A stretch of DNA of 64,000 nucleotides, taken from assembly GCA_038087875.1 (NCBI GenBank), contig JAXLNO010000297.1, positions 1-64,000 of the forward strand, given 5' to 3'. The notes under the pieces are model-generated. The model was given only the letters and a program-made list of their open reading frames with translations, did no database searches and was not told the origin of the DNA. Source of the stretch: Malacoraja senta (Eukaryota). Of the stretch, positions 51,573-64,000 are shown in pieces. Position numbers and translations under genes: made by a program. The first letter of the stretch is position 1. Every line of letters starts with the position of its first letter.

Positions 51573-52700
51573 TTAGACTATCTGCCCCTTCTCTAATGCT
51601 AGCAGCAGAATCTTCGCCTCTTTATCTTCCTCTCGCTGGTCATACTGTGTTTTAAAGGCCATCATGGCGGCGTCATTCTTGGTCAGGGCTGTCTCTATCA
51701 ATCGCTGAGACAACCCCCGTACGCAGGGAATGATACAACATCCAAATAGGCACAGCAACCCCATCATAACTACCACTGATGTTAGGGCTGAGGTAAAGAT
51801 GTGCTTCCATTTCCCAAACCAGGATTCTAGAAACCCGGTCCAGGAGGTGTCTACTCCGGAGTTCTCGGCCAATTCGATAGACAGGGAGGTGAGACCTGCT
51901 AGGGCTCTCGATACTGACCCATCAGGAGCAGTGTTGTTGGGGATGAAGGTGCAACATTGTTCCCCAAACATTACACACACCCCTCCCTTCTCAGCCAGTA
52001 GCATGTCTAAGGCCATGCGATTTTGCCAGGCCATTAGGCTGGTATCTGTCAGTTGTTCCGCTAATCCTTCAACCGCATCTCAAGTGTAATTTATAAAGCG
52101 TTGTTGATTGTAGTATAGGTAGTTGATCCAGTCCACATTTTTATTAATTGTGGACCACCAGAAGAGTATGGACTCAAAGCCCGCAGCTATCTGGTTTCTG
52201 GCTTTGAATTCATCGGGTACCCCTCTTGGCACCCCTATCGCATCTATATATATGTGTGTGTCGAAGGGGCTGTCCTTCGGCCCTTTGTATTGTTGTTGCT
52301 AGCCGGGAATAGGTAATGATAACTCTGGCAGGTCGCATCCTTTGGTAGGATGGGATTCGTGAATAGCTGTAGTATACATGACATAGCCCCAGGTGTCCTA
52401 TCCCAATTCAAGGGAAATGGTTCTGGAACCAGCTGAGGCTTAGCTCCGGCGCAGGCGTAGCAATTGGTGTGTTGCATACTCCTGGCCGTGTACATCATCC
52501 AGGCAAGCCAGGTGTTGGCTCCCTTCCCTCCTGTAGGTATTCCCTCCTCATATAATTGCCTTAATTCTGTTTCTCCTGCTACTATCATTATCTTCAAATC
52601 CTTAGGCTCATTCTCCCTGTTCTATCTGCACATCCTTCCACTTTCCTGCATTTGAACACTCTGTATGCTTACATAGTTGGGTAACCACCCAACACACGAC
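51573..52700 (-). pseudogene. env: ERV env remnant (SU internally deleted, TM with one stop)
   Basis: SU CYAC (CXXC). TM GVPRGVPDEFKARNQIAAGFES...NYT-stop-DAV. Immunosuppressive domain WQNRMALDMLLAEKGGVC, CX6CC and transmembrane helix. Confidence 0.9.
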
Positions 52701-52717
52701 CCACCAACACGAAATCT

Positions 52718-53110
52718 TCATTTTTCCCGCGGGTTCTTGTTAAATATTAAAGTCAATGGTTCCTCTCCTTTGTGCACAGTCCACGGGCTGATATTGTTTG
52801 GTGGGGCCTCCACAGGACCCTTAAATCGGCTTGCGTGTGTCCACCCTTTTTCTTTTGTTCGTACTGCTGTCTCGGTGATTAGTAACACCAGGTAGGGTCC
52901 AGTCCACTTAGGTTGCAGCTTTTCTTCCTTCCATGATGTTACAAGATCCCAGTCCCCCGCTTTCACAGAATGGATTGGAAAGTCGAGATGGGGACTCTGT
53001 GCCAGCAGCCCCTTGGTTCTTAATTCTGTAATAGAACGAGATACTGCCAGTAAATAGTTCCTTAGGAATACATCATTCCCTTGTATTTGTTGGGACCCCT
53101 TCTATCGTTC
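52718..53110 (-). pseudogene. pol: ERV pol integrase C-terminal remnant
   Basis: LQPKWTGPYLVLLITETAVRTKEKGWTHASR (GPY/F domain). Confidence 0.85.
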
Positions 53111-53111
53111 C

Positions 53112-54135
53112 TAAATAATAAAGACCTAACTTGTTCAACCTTTCTCTGTGTCTTAGTTGCTGAAACCCAGTCAACATTCTAATTGATCTCCTCTGTACTC
53201 TTTCTATTTTGTTGACATCCTTCCTATAATTATGCCTACCAAAATTATACACCATACTCCACAATTGACCTCACCAATACCTTGTACAATTTAACATTAC
53301 AACCCAACTTCTATACACAATGCTCTGATTTATAAAGGCCAACACACCAAAATCTTTCTTTACCATCCTATCTTCATGAAATTCCACCTTCAGGGAACCA
53401 TGCACAGTTATTCCTAGATCCCTCTATTCAACTTCATTCCTCAATTCACAATCATTTACCATGTACATTCAATTTTGATTTGTCCTGCCAAGATGTATCA
53501 TCTCATACTTATCAACATTAAACCCATCTGTCATGTTTCAACCCATTCTTCCAAATGACCTAAATCTCTCTGTACACTTTTTAAAATCTACTTCATTATT
53601 CACAACACCACCTATCTTAGTATCATCTACATACTTATTAATCTATTTTACCACACCAACATCCAGATTATTGATTCACATGACAAACAACAGTGGACCC
53701 AACACACATCCCGAGGTACCCTTCTAGTCACTTACCTCCAACCTTACTGCATTTCGTTGTCTCTGTACTGTACACTGCACAATGACAATAAAGTTGAATC
53801 TGAATCTGAATCTGAACCTGACAAACATCCATCCACCATTGCTCTCTGACATCTCCCATACAGCCACTTTTTAATCCATCTTGCTATTCCTTACTAACCC
53901 TTCTTAACCAACCTTATTTCCTTATTGAACCTTGTCAAAGGCCTTACTGAAGTTCATCTAGTCAACATCCATCACTTTACCCTCATCAATTTCCCTAATA
54001 ACCTTTTCAAAAAATTCAAGATTAGTCAAACATCACAATCACAAATCCATGCTAATTCTTCCTAATCCTACCCTATTCTTATATATTGTCTTAAGTATGC
54101 TTTCCATTATTTTGCCCACCACTGATGTCAAACAA
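53112..54135 (-). mobile_element. CR1 RT fragment embedded within the ERV
   Basis: YRKDVNKIERVQRRSIRML..RERLNKLGLY and decayed RT core; includes a short (aatctg)n-tailed insert near 53745-53815. Confidence 0.8.
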
Positions 54136-56662
54136 CGTTCTTGTTCAAACTCTACTCTTTTCTCACATCTCTTGTCCTCCTGTTCACTTACCTCAGGGCT
54201 ATTATCTATTCATACCTGCGGGACAGCCCTCAGGTATTATTGAAATGGTACCAGGTATATCAACCTTCTACCTGAACATCGGTCGGTAGTTTAGAAAACT
54301 CATACATACACCTTGTCTTCAGGTTTAAAGGGTCCTTCCTCCTGGTCCACCTCCAACAGCTTTTACTTTTCCTGTTCATAAATAGACTTGTATATTAAAC
54401 AAATCTTATTTATATTAACCTTCAATGTTCCATTTATTCTTTCCACCATGCCTGTGACTGCAGGTGTTACATACCCAAATGTGTATTTTACTCTAAGGGT
54501 CTCTATCGCCAACTTAGCTACTCCCTAAATGAAAACAATCCGTTGTCAAAGCTGATTTCTGTAGGTCTACCAAACCTCTTAATTACCTTATTCATCATAA
54601 ACGACACTACAGGGCTTATACCTAATCTAGTCTGAACTATATCCTGCCTTTTCCCGAGGTTATCATACTCTGTCCTACATTCTGAAGTATTTTTTTTTTT
54701 TAAATCTCTCTCTCTCTCTCTCTCTCTCTTACATCGCTTGTTACTTATGGAACAATACCAACAAATCCTCCTTTAAATCCCTTTCTCTCTTGGGGACCCC
54801 AGTCCTGTTAGGGCTTATATCCAGATTAATTTCACTCCTGATAGGACTTTTTGAGGAAACGTACCCCAAAGACATTCATTATTGGCATGTAATTCTCTGG
54901 CCCTGCTTGGTTCCGTCATAGGACTCACTTAGGTCCATTGTTTATTGACAACAACTCCTCCTGCTGGTTTGCAAGTCTTTTTCCTATCTCTGCGATATTT
55001 CTCGACCGCAGAGACCAACTGTTCGCTGAATCTGCTTGACTTTAAGAAGAATGACATCCACCACAGTAGTTCATAATATAATGTTCATCAATCAACTCTC
55101 CACCTTTTCAGCTGGTTTTCCAGATAGGCTATTTGCCTTTCCTTCTGTATCTCCCCTTGTTCCTTGGGGTTCCTCTTAAGTGGGTAACATTGTCTGAGGG
55201 TCTGCCATACCCTCTGCCTGACTGTGTCAAACAGTATGCCATTGCTTGTTACATTGTTCGTATCAGTTTATACCATCCATCTTCAGTAGTTCTGTTACTT
55301 TAGTGGTTCCTATCACTTTTACCAACAGTGCCTTCAAATCTTCCATGATCAATAATCGTCCCACGTTCTCCTCCTCCAAAGCCCTAATCCATTTCCTCCC
55401 CCATCAGGGATATAGGGTGAGGTATTTTTTAGCCCTTTCAGTTTATGGGGGCCCCAAGGGATAATCCGTGTCTATCCTTCTCTTTTCTCTTTAAAGCAGT
55501 CTCATCACTTTATCCCAATGCTTCCAACTTTAATCCTTTCTGGTATGCCTTCTTTCTAATTCTAAACTCAATTTCTTGCTTCTCAAATATTCTAGCCTCC
55601 TTGCAAAAATCTTCCACTGACTCCTCTTGCTTTATTACTTTCACGCCTGTCGTTTTTCTACTTCTGTTATCTTCTAACTGCCTCTCTCTCCTTTCTTTCT
55701 AAACTTGAATGTTTACCAATTAACTTATTTCCAATTATTTCAATCCATATTCACCACTATTTTAAATGTCCAATTCCTAGCACTAGTAACAATTTTCCAA
55801 ATTATCTTTACTGACTAGAAATCTAAAAGAACATCAGAAAAACCAAAAGCTGGTTTCACAATTATTCGTTATCTTACAGCTGTTCGTCGTCTTTCACCAT
55901 GACCTGATTTATTTAAAGGAACATACACCTACCTACAGTGAACATTTTTGATTTTAATAAAACTTACTTACTCTTACAATGTGGTCTACAAATACAATAA
56001 ACGAAATAATTATCACATATATAAACTTCCTCTTTCATTCCAAACCGGTTTTTACACACAAATCACATTCGTTCCATTCTTACTTCAATAAATGCAACAT
56101 TTTACATGTATTAAAACTCAATATAACAGAATCAAATCATTTTTGTCTTCCAATTCCCTGGGTATTTCTCTGCCCCCAGAGGCTCAGCATTCGCCCCAAC
56201 GGACTATCAGGCAGAATGCTGGGGTCGGGCTTACCGCCCTTCCCCTCCCTTGTGGGCTTTCCGTTTTCATTGCCCATCCTCCCGATTGGAATTTCCCCCC
56301 CGATCTGTTTACCCCCGATCTGTTTACCCCAGATCTATTTTCCCGCCTTTCCTGCCTTGCCCGTACAGACCCCTGAATTCTTCAGGGCGGTATCCACAAG
56401 GTCTTATTTAATCGCCCGAGTAGTACTTAATAGTCAGTTTTCTTACCCGGGTCTTGTGCACAAGAATCACTCGATTTGGCTCCCTCACGAATTTCCCCCC
56501 GATCTTCCTCCGGATCGGAACTCCCACTTGTTTCTCTAATCTCTGGTCCTGGATATCACTCGCTCAAACCGCTGACGACAATCTAGGGGTCTGGGACCAT
56601 TGAAATCAACGGGGTGCACCGTCCCTTCTTCCGTATACTGTCGCCAGCTGGCCGGAGTGGGG

Positions 56663-56682
56663 ATCCCGAGGACGAGCCCCCA
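56663..56682 (-). promoter_or_regulatory. ERV primer-binding site, tRNA-Pro-like with a 2-nt insertion
   Basis: tgggggctcgtcc-tc-gggat versus the MLV PBS-Pro tgggggctcgtccgggat. Confidence 0.8.
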
Positions 56683-56685
56683 AGC

Positions 56686-57200
56686 TGTCAGGCGCAAGTT
56701 GTGAAAGAACACTCACGATGCGTAGAGAATGTAGAGAAACAAGTTTATTTATTAGCAAGTCTGCAGAGTTGGGTGTCTCCCCTATCAAGACACACCGAGA
56801 GATGGAATTCATCTCTCTCTTATTCACATCATTTTACATTTGTTACATTTATTCCTCCCCTTCGGGCTCTTGTCAAATCAGAGCACTGAGGTGCACATTC
56901 TACAGGTACCGCCCCTGGTGCCTCCCAGATCATACATCGCATGTACATTTAAATGAGACATCTTGTCATGATGGGTGTGTTTGCAATATTCATTTATCTC
57001 ATTACGCAAGCGCACAGAGTGTTTCTCATGACCCTTACCCTAATTCCAGAATGGACGGTCTCCTTATCTTCTCTGTTCTCATCCTTGAAAAGTCACCATT
57101 TGTACTTGTCCTTTACTCCCCCTATCCTCCCTACTATACTCCCTACTATACAAAGGGTTCTTGTCTGAATCAACTTATACCTATTAACCCCTTTCTCACA
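56686..57200 (-). repeat. ERV 5' LTR
   Basis: Direct repeat of 51022-51536, followed by the PBS on the minus strand. Confidence 0.95.
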
Positions 57201-57344
57201 CTTCCCAATTCCAAGTCAACCATTTTTATCCCCAAATCCATGCTCATGCTTATGCCACTCCTGGTTCTACACTTTATGCGCCATTTGCACCATTTTATTT
57301 TCTGTATTTATAACCAGATACTAGAGGATAAACTTTGTTTATAA

Positions 57345-57650
57345 TCTCCAACTCCCGCCTCCGTCATTAATGCGGCCACCACGTGACGCGACGCCATCTT
57401 GTCGAATGCGGCCATGACGACGGTCGAGGACGGAGAAGGTGAAGGTGAAGCGGGTTTTTACTCTGTGTCTGTGTCTCCGTGTCCGTGTCTGGTCGTGATG
57501 GACGATCCTGCGTTTGGAAAACGGCGCCGTCGGCGGAAAAAAGCCTCGTCTCCTGAGGCCCCGGGCGAGCGGGCGCACCCTCCCTCCCTCCCTCCCTCTC
57601 TCCCTATCTCCCTATTTCCCTCCCCTGGCCTCCAGGGTCCCGGGCGCTCA
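57345..57650 (+). promoter_or_regulatory. CpG-island promoter of a plus-strand gene
   Basis: GC box-like cccgcc; E-box/CRE-like cacgtgacg; YY1-like cgccatctt; gccATG. Confidence 0.65.
57414..57438 (+). CDS. Unidentified gene, candidate exon 1 (MTTVEDGE)
   Basis: gccATG; donor AG/gtgaag, with an alternative in-frame donor 6 nt downstream. Confidence 0.5.
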
Positions 57651-58537
57651 CTGGGCTGTGTTATGTTGCATAGGTACGTTCAGAGGTGCCATGTGTGATT
57701 ATGCATCCTATATACATTGCACAATAGGAAATCTGATTATGTATGGTTTTAAATTAATTTGCACGAGTTGTCTTTGGAAATGAATCAGATAGTCGATACA
57801 CTTTTGCCAACGTTACTGATTTGTATGTTGCCAAATCATCCTCAAAGTTGCTGATGTTAAGCTAAAGTTGACTGACTAAAAGAAAGGAATACAACAAAGA
57901 ACATGGTCCTTTGGCCCACATTGTCTGTGCCGAACATGATACCAAGATAAACTAATCCTCTCTGCCTGCACGTGATCCATACCCCTCCAATCCCTGTATA
58001 ACCAGGTGCCAATAAAAGGATATAGAAGAATACCATAGAACTGGCAAAAAAACGTATAAATACCTAATTGTCGGGTTCAGCATCTTAAATTGTTTTACTC
58101 ACTCCCCTAACCAGCAGGGGGTGAATCAAAATACTGCATTTCAGTTGTCTAGTCGTGCCCTTGATGCTTGCTGCTGCACCAAGTGATAATTAAAGTTCCA
58201 TAACAGCCGCAAGACTCTCCATTTCACTGCCTACTAAGTTGGGCAGCAGTTTTGAGTGGCACTAAATATCTCATCTTTGGATTCATTCCAGAGGGTCCTC
58301 GAATGAAATTCAACTGCTGCAACCCTACTTCGACGCACATTGTTTGTAAAATCTCCACCCTCTCTGGTTATCTCCTCTTTACACTCTCAGTCCTGGTGCA
58401 GGGTCTCGACAAGAGACATAGATTATTCCTTTGCTTCCACAGTACTTGGAAGTACCCCTGAGTTTCTCCAGTAATGTGTTTGTTGCTGTATCAAAATGCT
58501 ATTGTTTATGATACCAGAAATTCTTTTCTCTCCACAG

Positions 58538-58608
58538 TCAAGTATGGACAGATTGCCTCTTTAAAGAACATTGGCAGGACATTCGACACTCGTGCCCAGA
58601 TGTCCGAG
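58538..58608 (+). CDS. Unidentified gene, candidate exon 2 (VKYGQIASLKNIGRTFDTRAQMSE)
   Basis: Strong acceptor ttcttttctctccacag; donor GAG/gtaaaa; in frame with exon 1. Confidence 0.6.
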
Positions 58609-61600
58609 GTAAAATAAGGGAAGGCTTATTATTGGAATTAGCTTTTATTTCAATGTATTACAGGAATACAATTTACCGTGCTGGTGTGTTGGTTACTGCA
58701 CTGGAGCTATCACTTCACATTCACTTTGTCCCTCATCATTTAACCTCCCCACCATCTTTCAAATGAAAGAAAAACATTATGGACATTCCCAAAACAATAG
58801 GAGAGATTAGACAGCAGATGGTGCAATGTCATTGATAATGAAGGGATGTTGCTCATTTAGTGGATATTACAGACTTTGTTTGTCTGAAAGTCTTTACTTG
58901 TTTTGGTCATTGTTCAATTTCTTATTAATCATTTTTAACAGAAATTTTCAACGACCATCTTTTAATGTTCATAGATTTGGAGACAAATGGATTCAATTGG
59001 CAATAATTTGTCAATCTTATCCTTTCCATTACAAAGCTAAGTGGAAAAGTATATTATGTCTATTCTGTTAACCAAAAACTTTCCCTCAATGTTTTTGTCT
59101 TTTCCCGATAAGTATAATTTCATATTTTTCTACCAATACTTAATCATTTTTACAACTTCTAGTGCATTCATATTTTTTTTAAACACAACACTGTGTTTTT
59201 GAAACTTTGGTTTTGTCCCTCTATAAATATGGTTGGTTTGCTTTTGCTTGAACATTTTAATCCACCATGATTTTTTGTATATTTGTCAGTCCAAATTTTT
59301 TCCCTTTAGATTCTTAGACACCTAACCTAGAATTTTGCCACATCAGAAAAACAGGTGTTAAAGTTGAAAATTGTATTAATGTGACATGTAATTTTGCCCA
59401 CATTTTTGGCACATCAACATCAATCATTAATCGCGTATGATTATTTTAATGCATGAATTGTTAACATAACATCTAGCTCGGCAAAATAATGGCAATGCCC
59501 AAATTCATCTCCAGGGAGATTTTCAATGACGTTGGTCTAATTAACGACTGCCATTGATCACGGAGACGAACCAGCTTTTATTTAACAAGCTGAAACTGAA
59601 TGTCTTTATACAGCAAATCTGTGTTCTTGTAGTCTGATTGTTGCATGCTATTTTACACTCTTAGAGCCAGCTGCACGGATGTTTATAGAACAGTACAGCA
59701 CAAGAACAAACTCTTTGGGCCACAATGTCTGTGTCAAACATGATGCGAAGACCATCTCTTGCTCACCTGTGTACTTAATCCATATCCCTCCATTCCTTGC
59801 ACATTCATGTGCCTATCTAAATGCCTCTTAAATGCCACTATCGTATCTGTCGCAACTACCAACCTTGGCAGCGCATTCTAAGCACTCAACACCATCTGTG
59901 TGTAAAAAAAATAAAAATAAAAATTATCCTCCACATCTCATTCGAACTTTGCCACCCGCACCTTAAAGCTGTGCCCTCTTGTATTAGATTTTTCCATCCT
60001 GCAGATTAAAAAGATTCTGAATCTCTCCAATCTATGCCTCTCATTTTATATACTTCTATCAGGTCTCGGTGAAACCTCTGACGTTCGAGAGAAAACAATC
60101 TTGTCTGACTAACCCCTCCCTGTAGTTAATACCCCCTAATCCAGACAAACCTAACAATTCCAGACATTTTCAATCAAAAATATCTCATAGTGCATGTGGA
60201 TCTTATACTCCTGATCATAGTTGTCAAGAAGTTAGTCCTCAAGACATCATAGGTTAGTATTTATTTCTGGAAAGGCGGAATTAAAATGTCTAAATTACTG
60301 AGTTGTGATTCTGCTTCATATGTGGGAAGACGTACGACTTTACATGGAAGCATTGGAGAGTATACAAACATACTAGCGTTCTCCATTTCACCCACTACCA
60401 ACCCTTACAGACAACCATGGCTTATTCCAGACCGAACTATATGTCACTTTAACCACTTCTTTGCTGTGGAGATCCAGGAGAGGGCTGAGGCCCTCTTTCA
60501 GGTTCCCAGTGTAGTAGTGGCGAGGGCAGTAACTCATGCTAATTTCCTGACACAGAAGTGTCATCATTAACGTATCTAAACAATGAAGCAACGATGATCT
60601 ATTTTAGCATAATTGCACTCCATTATTCCATTCCTGGAAACATCCTGAGCAGTAAACAAGATGCTGCACAGCATCAATCCTTTTACTTAGATCCTTTCAC
60701 TTTCTTTGATTTTGTGTGACACTTTAATGAAGGTGTTCGATACATCTCTGTTTCTGATGTATCTTTTGCAGGTTAAGAGTAGCGTAGACGAGGCGGGCAT
60801 TTCACCAAACATTTTCGCTTGGTTTGCCAAGGCCTGGCCATTCCCACACTGACCTTCTCTGTTCTGGGCCTCCATTGCTAAAGTGAAGCCATATGCAAAG
60901 TGGAGTAACAACACCCCACTATTCCTCTTAGGGTAGCTTCAATGGTATGAATATTGGATTCTACCATTTTAAGTAACATAACCCTTTGCCTCGTCTGTTT
61001 CTTGTGTGTCCCCCGTTCTCCCTTCTCCCCCCCCTCGATGCACTCTCATTTATCCCACCAGTAGGCCATTCAGCCCTTGCATCCAGAACCACCATTCAAT
61101 ATTATCATGGCTGATCATCCAGAATCATAACCTTGTTCCTGCTTTCTCCCCATATCCCTTGATTCCGTTTGCCTTAAGTACTCTATCTAACTGTCTCTTG
61201 AATACATCCAGTGATTTGCCCTACACTGCCACCTGTGGCAGAGAATTCCACAGATTCACATCTCTCTGGGTGAAAAAGTGTTTTCCTCATCTCAGTCCTA
61301 AATGGCCTACCCTTTATTCATGAACTGTGACCCCTGTTTCTGGACTCCCCCAACATAGGGAACATTTCTCCTGCATCTAGCCTGTCCAATCCCTTAAACA
61401 TGATATGTTTCTATAAGATCCCCTCTTGTCCTTCTAAATTCCAGTGAATATAAGCCCATTATCTCCCTCCTTCTGCTTTGCATTTCACTCCTTTTCTCTC
61501 ATTATCTCATGGCCTTGTCTCTCTTTTATCTCCAGCGTTTGTCTGCCCATCTGCCAATAAAACCCCCTCGCCTGCATCCACCTATAACTTGCGAGGCTTT

Positions 61601-61660
61601 GTCCTCTCCCATCTCTTTTTCAGCTTTCTCGCCTTTCCTATTACAACCAAAACATAATCT

Positions 61661-61950
61661 TGTGGCGTCAGCCTATACACGGGCCACTTATGCTCGAACC
61701 CTCCTCAGGAAGTACGAGGGCGAGCACGTGATGTCATGGGCTAGAGGGAGTGTCCTGGTACTTAAGGTCATCTGACCTCGAGACCTTAAGGTAGTCAACT
61801 GGTAGCTGAGCCCGAGTGAACACCCTCGCTCAGCTACAGCAACACTGTTAATATAGTTAGCTCACCAACCTAACGTGGCACCACTGAATAAACGACTGTT
61901 GGAACCGGCCTGACGTCTCACCTTTATTCACCACGTTTTGTGCTGCTACA
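61661..61950 (+). mobile_element. Solo LTR (290 bp)
   Basis: TG...CA termini; internal aataaa; 4-bp TSD atct. Confidence 0.8.
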
Positions 61951-62186
61951 ATCTATTCATTCCCTCCAGTGATGTAGCCTGACCTGCTGAGTTATCCCAG
62001 CACTGTATGTTTTATCTCTGGTGTGCTAGTTGTAAATGTGCGCTGGATCTGCTAAATGATTTAGTTTTTATGTACCCTGCTGCCATATCTTTAATTTAGA
62101 TCCACAGTCTGGTATTTCCCTAATGCTGATGCCAGCCTAACTGATCTGCAGTTCCTCATTTTCTATCTCCCTCTCTCCTGAAATAG

Positions 62187-62443
62187 TGAGGCGTCATTCA
62201 CTCTCTTCCAATTTGTGTGAACCATTCTGCGACCTACGGAATTTTGGAAGACGATGAACAGTGCGCCTGCTTGAAAGGCTACGGATCAAGTTCTGGAATT
62301 TGGACAGCTATTTTCCAGCCGGCACGGACACCATCTTCTATGTCATCAACTCTACGATTCCTTGAAACTGTCAAGCCGTCTGATTCACACAACACAGTGG
62401 AAACCTGGAGCACTCGCCCCAAAAGGCTTTTTGGATGCTGTGG
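62187..62443 (+). CDS. Possible further exon of the unidentified gene; frame and acceptor uncertain
   Basis: Non-repetitive sequence between a pyrimidine tract plus ag (62185-62186) and a gttagt donor. An alternative acceptor at 62277 gives ATDQVLEFGQLFSS.. in frame with exon 2. Confidence 0.3.
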
Positions 62444-63679
62444 GTTAGTTGGTACTTTCACTGCCATGTTAGATAAGAATTTTGGTGGGAGGGTTAATGA
62501 GGGATTCGGAGCAAATGTGCATAAATTATCTGAGCACAGGCCTTCCATGACTAACAAACAGATTCCATTTGTACAGATGTTGATTTTTGTATATGTCAGA
62601 AAATAGGCAAAGATTACTCCATGATAACGATTCTACTACATTTTGTAATGAATGGCATTAAAAAAACACATAATGCTGACAAGAAGGAACAATTGTTAAA
62701 AGAGACGAAACTAGTTCTGACGTTCCTAGAAATGTTTGTATGTACATCGGACTTTTGAATTTAATATTGGAGCTTTTCTGCATGTATGGGTTTATCGTAA
62801 GTGGGGCATTTGTTACTCTGGGACGGCCTGTGTATTGCTCTGTCATGGTCTAATTGAATGTCAAGAAAAATATTAGGAACTGAATTGATTATGCTTTTAA
62901 CTTTGAAGAGGAATGTTGTGCAGATTATCTAATTGAGGTATAGAAAAATATTTATGGCACTTGGAATATAATTTTATATTCAGGAGGGAGGGACAGAATG
63001 CTGAGGCACAACACATTTGCCAAATGCTTGTTTAGTTTTTGTAATGAAGAATGATTTGTAATCTGGCAAGCAAAGTCATTAATGGATTGTCTCGCGATTC
63101 CCAGGCACACTTTACGCATGCCTGGCTATTTCACATCATAGCTCAAAAGTATTGCCATTGATTCTTTTTCACTAAATCAGTATCACTTGATTGGAAACCT
63201 TTATGCCTTTGGCAAGAACCGTATGTACCTGACTGATCTATGAACTCTCCTTTTAACCTTCTCTAAGCACAGTCCCACTTTCTTTGGATTTTTCATGTAA
63301 GTGAAGCCTTTCATCTTGATACCATTTTTGCTGTTTAATGCAGTCAGGTAGACTTGTGCAGAAGAGATTTGTAAAAACTTAGCATACCTTACTTGCTTTT
63401 ATACTTTGCTTCTCTGTTCCAAAGGTTCTGTGTTCCTTTTTTAAATTGACTACTCAACCAACTTGTTCTGCAATTGTTAAACATTGCCTTTGTACATTTC
63501 CAGCGGCCTCTGTCCCAACATCCCCCATAAAATGGTACCATTTAGTTTACATGGAATTCTAGAGGTGAGAGCTGGGTTACTCTTCCGTTGCTAAGGTAGC
63601 ACACCGTGCAGTGTAGCATTGATTTAAGGGATGAGATGATGTGGTATGCTTGGTTTTAAGTACTGGTCAGTCCAGCCAA

Positions 63680-64000
63680 TTTTATTTAGCGAATGCAAAG
63701 TCCTTTAGCCAAGCAGTTGCTTCTTGATCTGCTGTATGAAGGGTGACAAGTCCTCCTTTAAGTCTTTTTTGAGGGCATGCTTCAATGATGTGTTGCATTG
63801 TTTGCTGCTCTCCACAAGCACACCGTGGGGTTGGGCTGCTGCCCCATTTGTGAAGGCTGGCCAAGCCGGGGCCATGTCCAGTCCTAAATAGACAGATGAC
63901 GTCAATGGAGTGTTGGTGGGCGAGGACTTCAATGAGGCGTCGCTTGGCTGCAGAGAGGCCTTCAACATTCAGCTGTAGTATTCGGAGAGCAGGTCCAACT
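63680..64000 (-). mobile_element. Vingi/Ingi-like LINE 3' end
   Basis: RLFRTGHGP..ASLHKWG..CACGEQQTMQHIIEACP C-terminal Zn knuckle; stop followed directly by an A-rich tail. Confidence 0.65.

Larger units (their letters stand above)
51022..57200 (-). mobile_element. Defective endogenous retrovirus (class I, gamma-type env)
   Basis: Two 515-bp TG..CA LTRs; 4-bp TSD cttc; PBS-Pro-like site; integrase C-terminus and env remnants. Confidence 0.95.

Noticed and set aside
50901..51596. 231-aa and 208-aa (56718-57344) plus-strand ORFs
   Set aside because: Antisense frames across the LTRs with no recognisable domain; their identity merely reflects the LTR duplication.
60286..60570. ORF with ERAEALFQVPS, faintly actin-like
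   Set aside because: Similarity is too short and there is no convincing phase-compatible splice structure.
63680..64000. This Vingi-like LINE as the direct partner of the ribozyme retroposon
   Set aside because: Its 3' tail does not match the ccatacgc(aag)n tail, so it is at most a related family.

Overview
Repeat-dense eukaryotic DNA, most likely from a cartilaginous fish such as a skate or ray. This is inferred from the HE1-type SINEs, abundant CR1 LINEs and a GPR139-like receptor gene. Host genes: (1) a multi-exon minus-strand ZSWIM3-like gene derived from a Mutator transposase (coding exons 43261 down to 23809, CpG promoter near 47.7-48 kb). Its predicted DDE catalytic residues are substituted and there is an unexplained phase mismatch between coding exons 4 and 5. 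(2) A GPR139/142-like GPCR pseudogene (11.0-12.4 kb, minus). (3) The 5' end of an unidentified plus-strand gene from about 57.4 kb. Mobile DNA: a DIRS1-type retrotransposon with intact terminal architecture (1.3-6.0 kb); a defective endogenous retrovirus with apparently identical 515-bp LTRs and a captured CR1 fragment (51.0-57.2 kb); a near-complete young CR1 ORF2; a second, divergent CR1-clade LINE; Rex1/Babar, Penelope and Vingi-like fragments; several TIR elements; a solo LTR; and many SINEs. The most striking item is a 140-bp TSD-flanked retroposon at 41979-42118 whose 5' end folds into a complete minimal HDV-like ribozyme. All calls were made by eye, without alignments or database searches.
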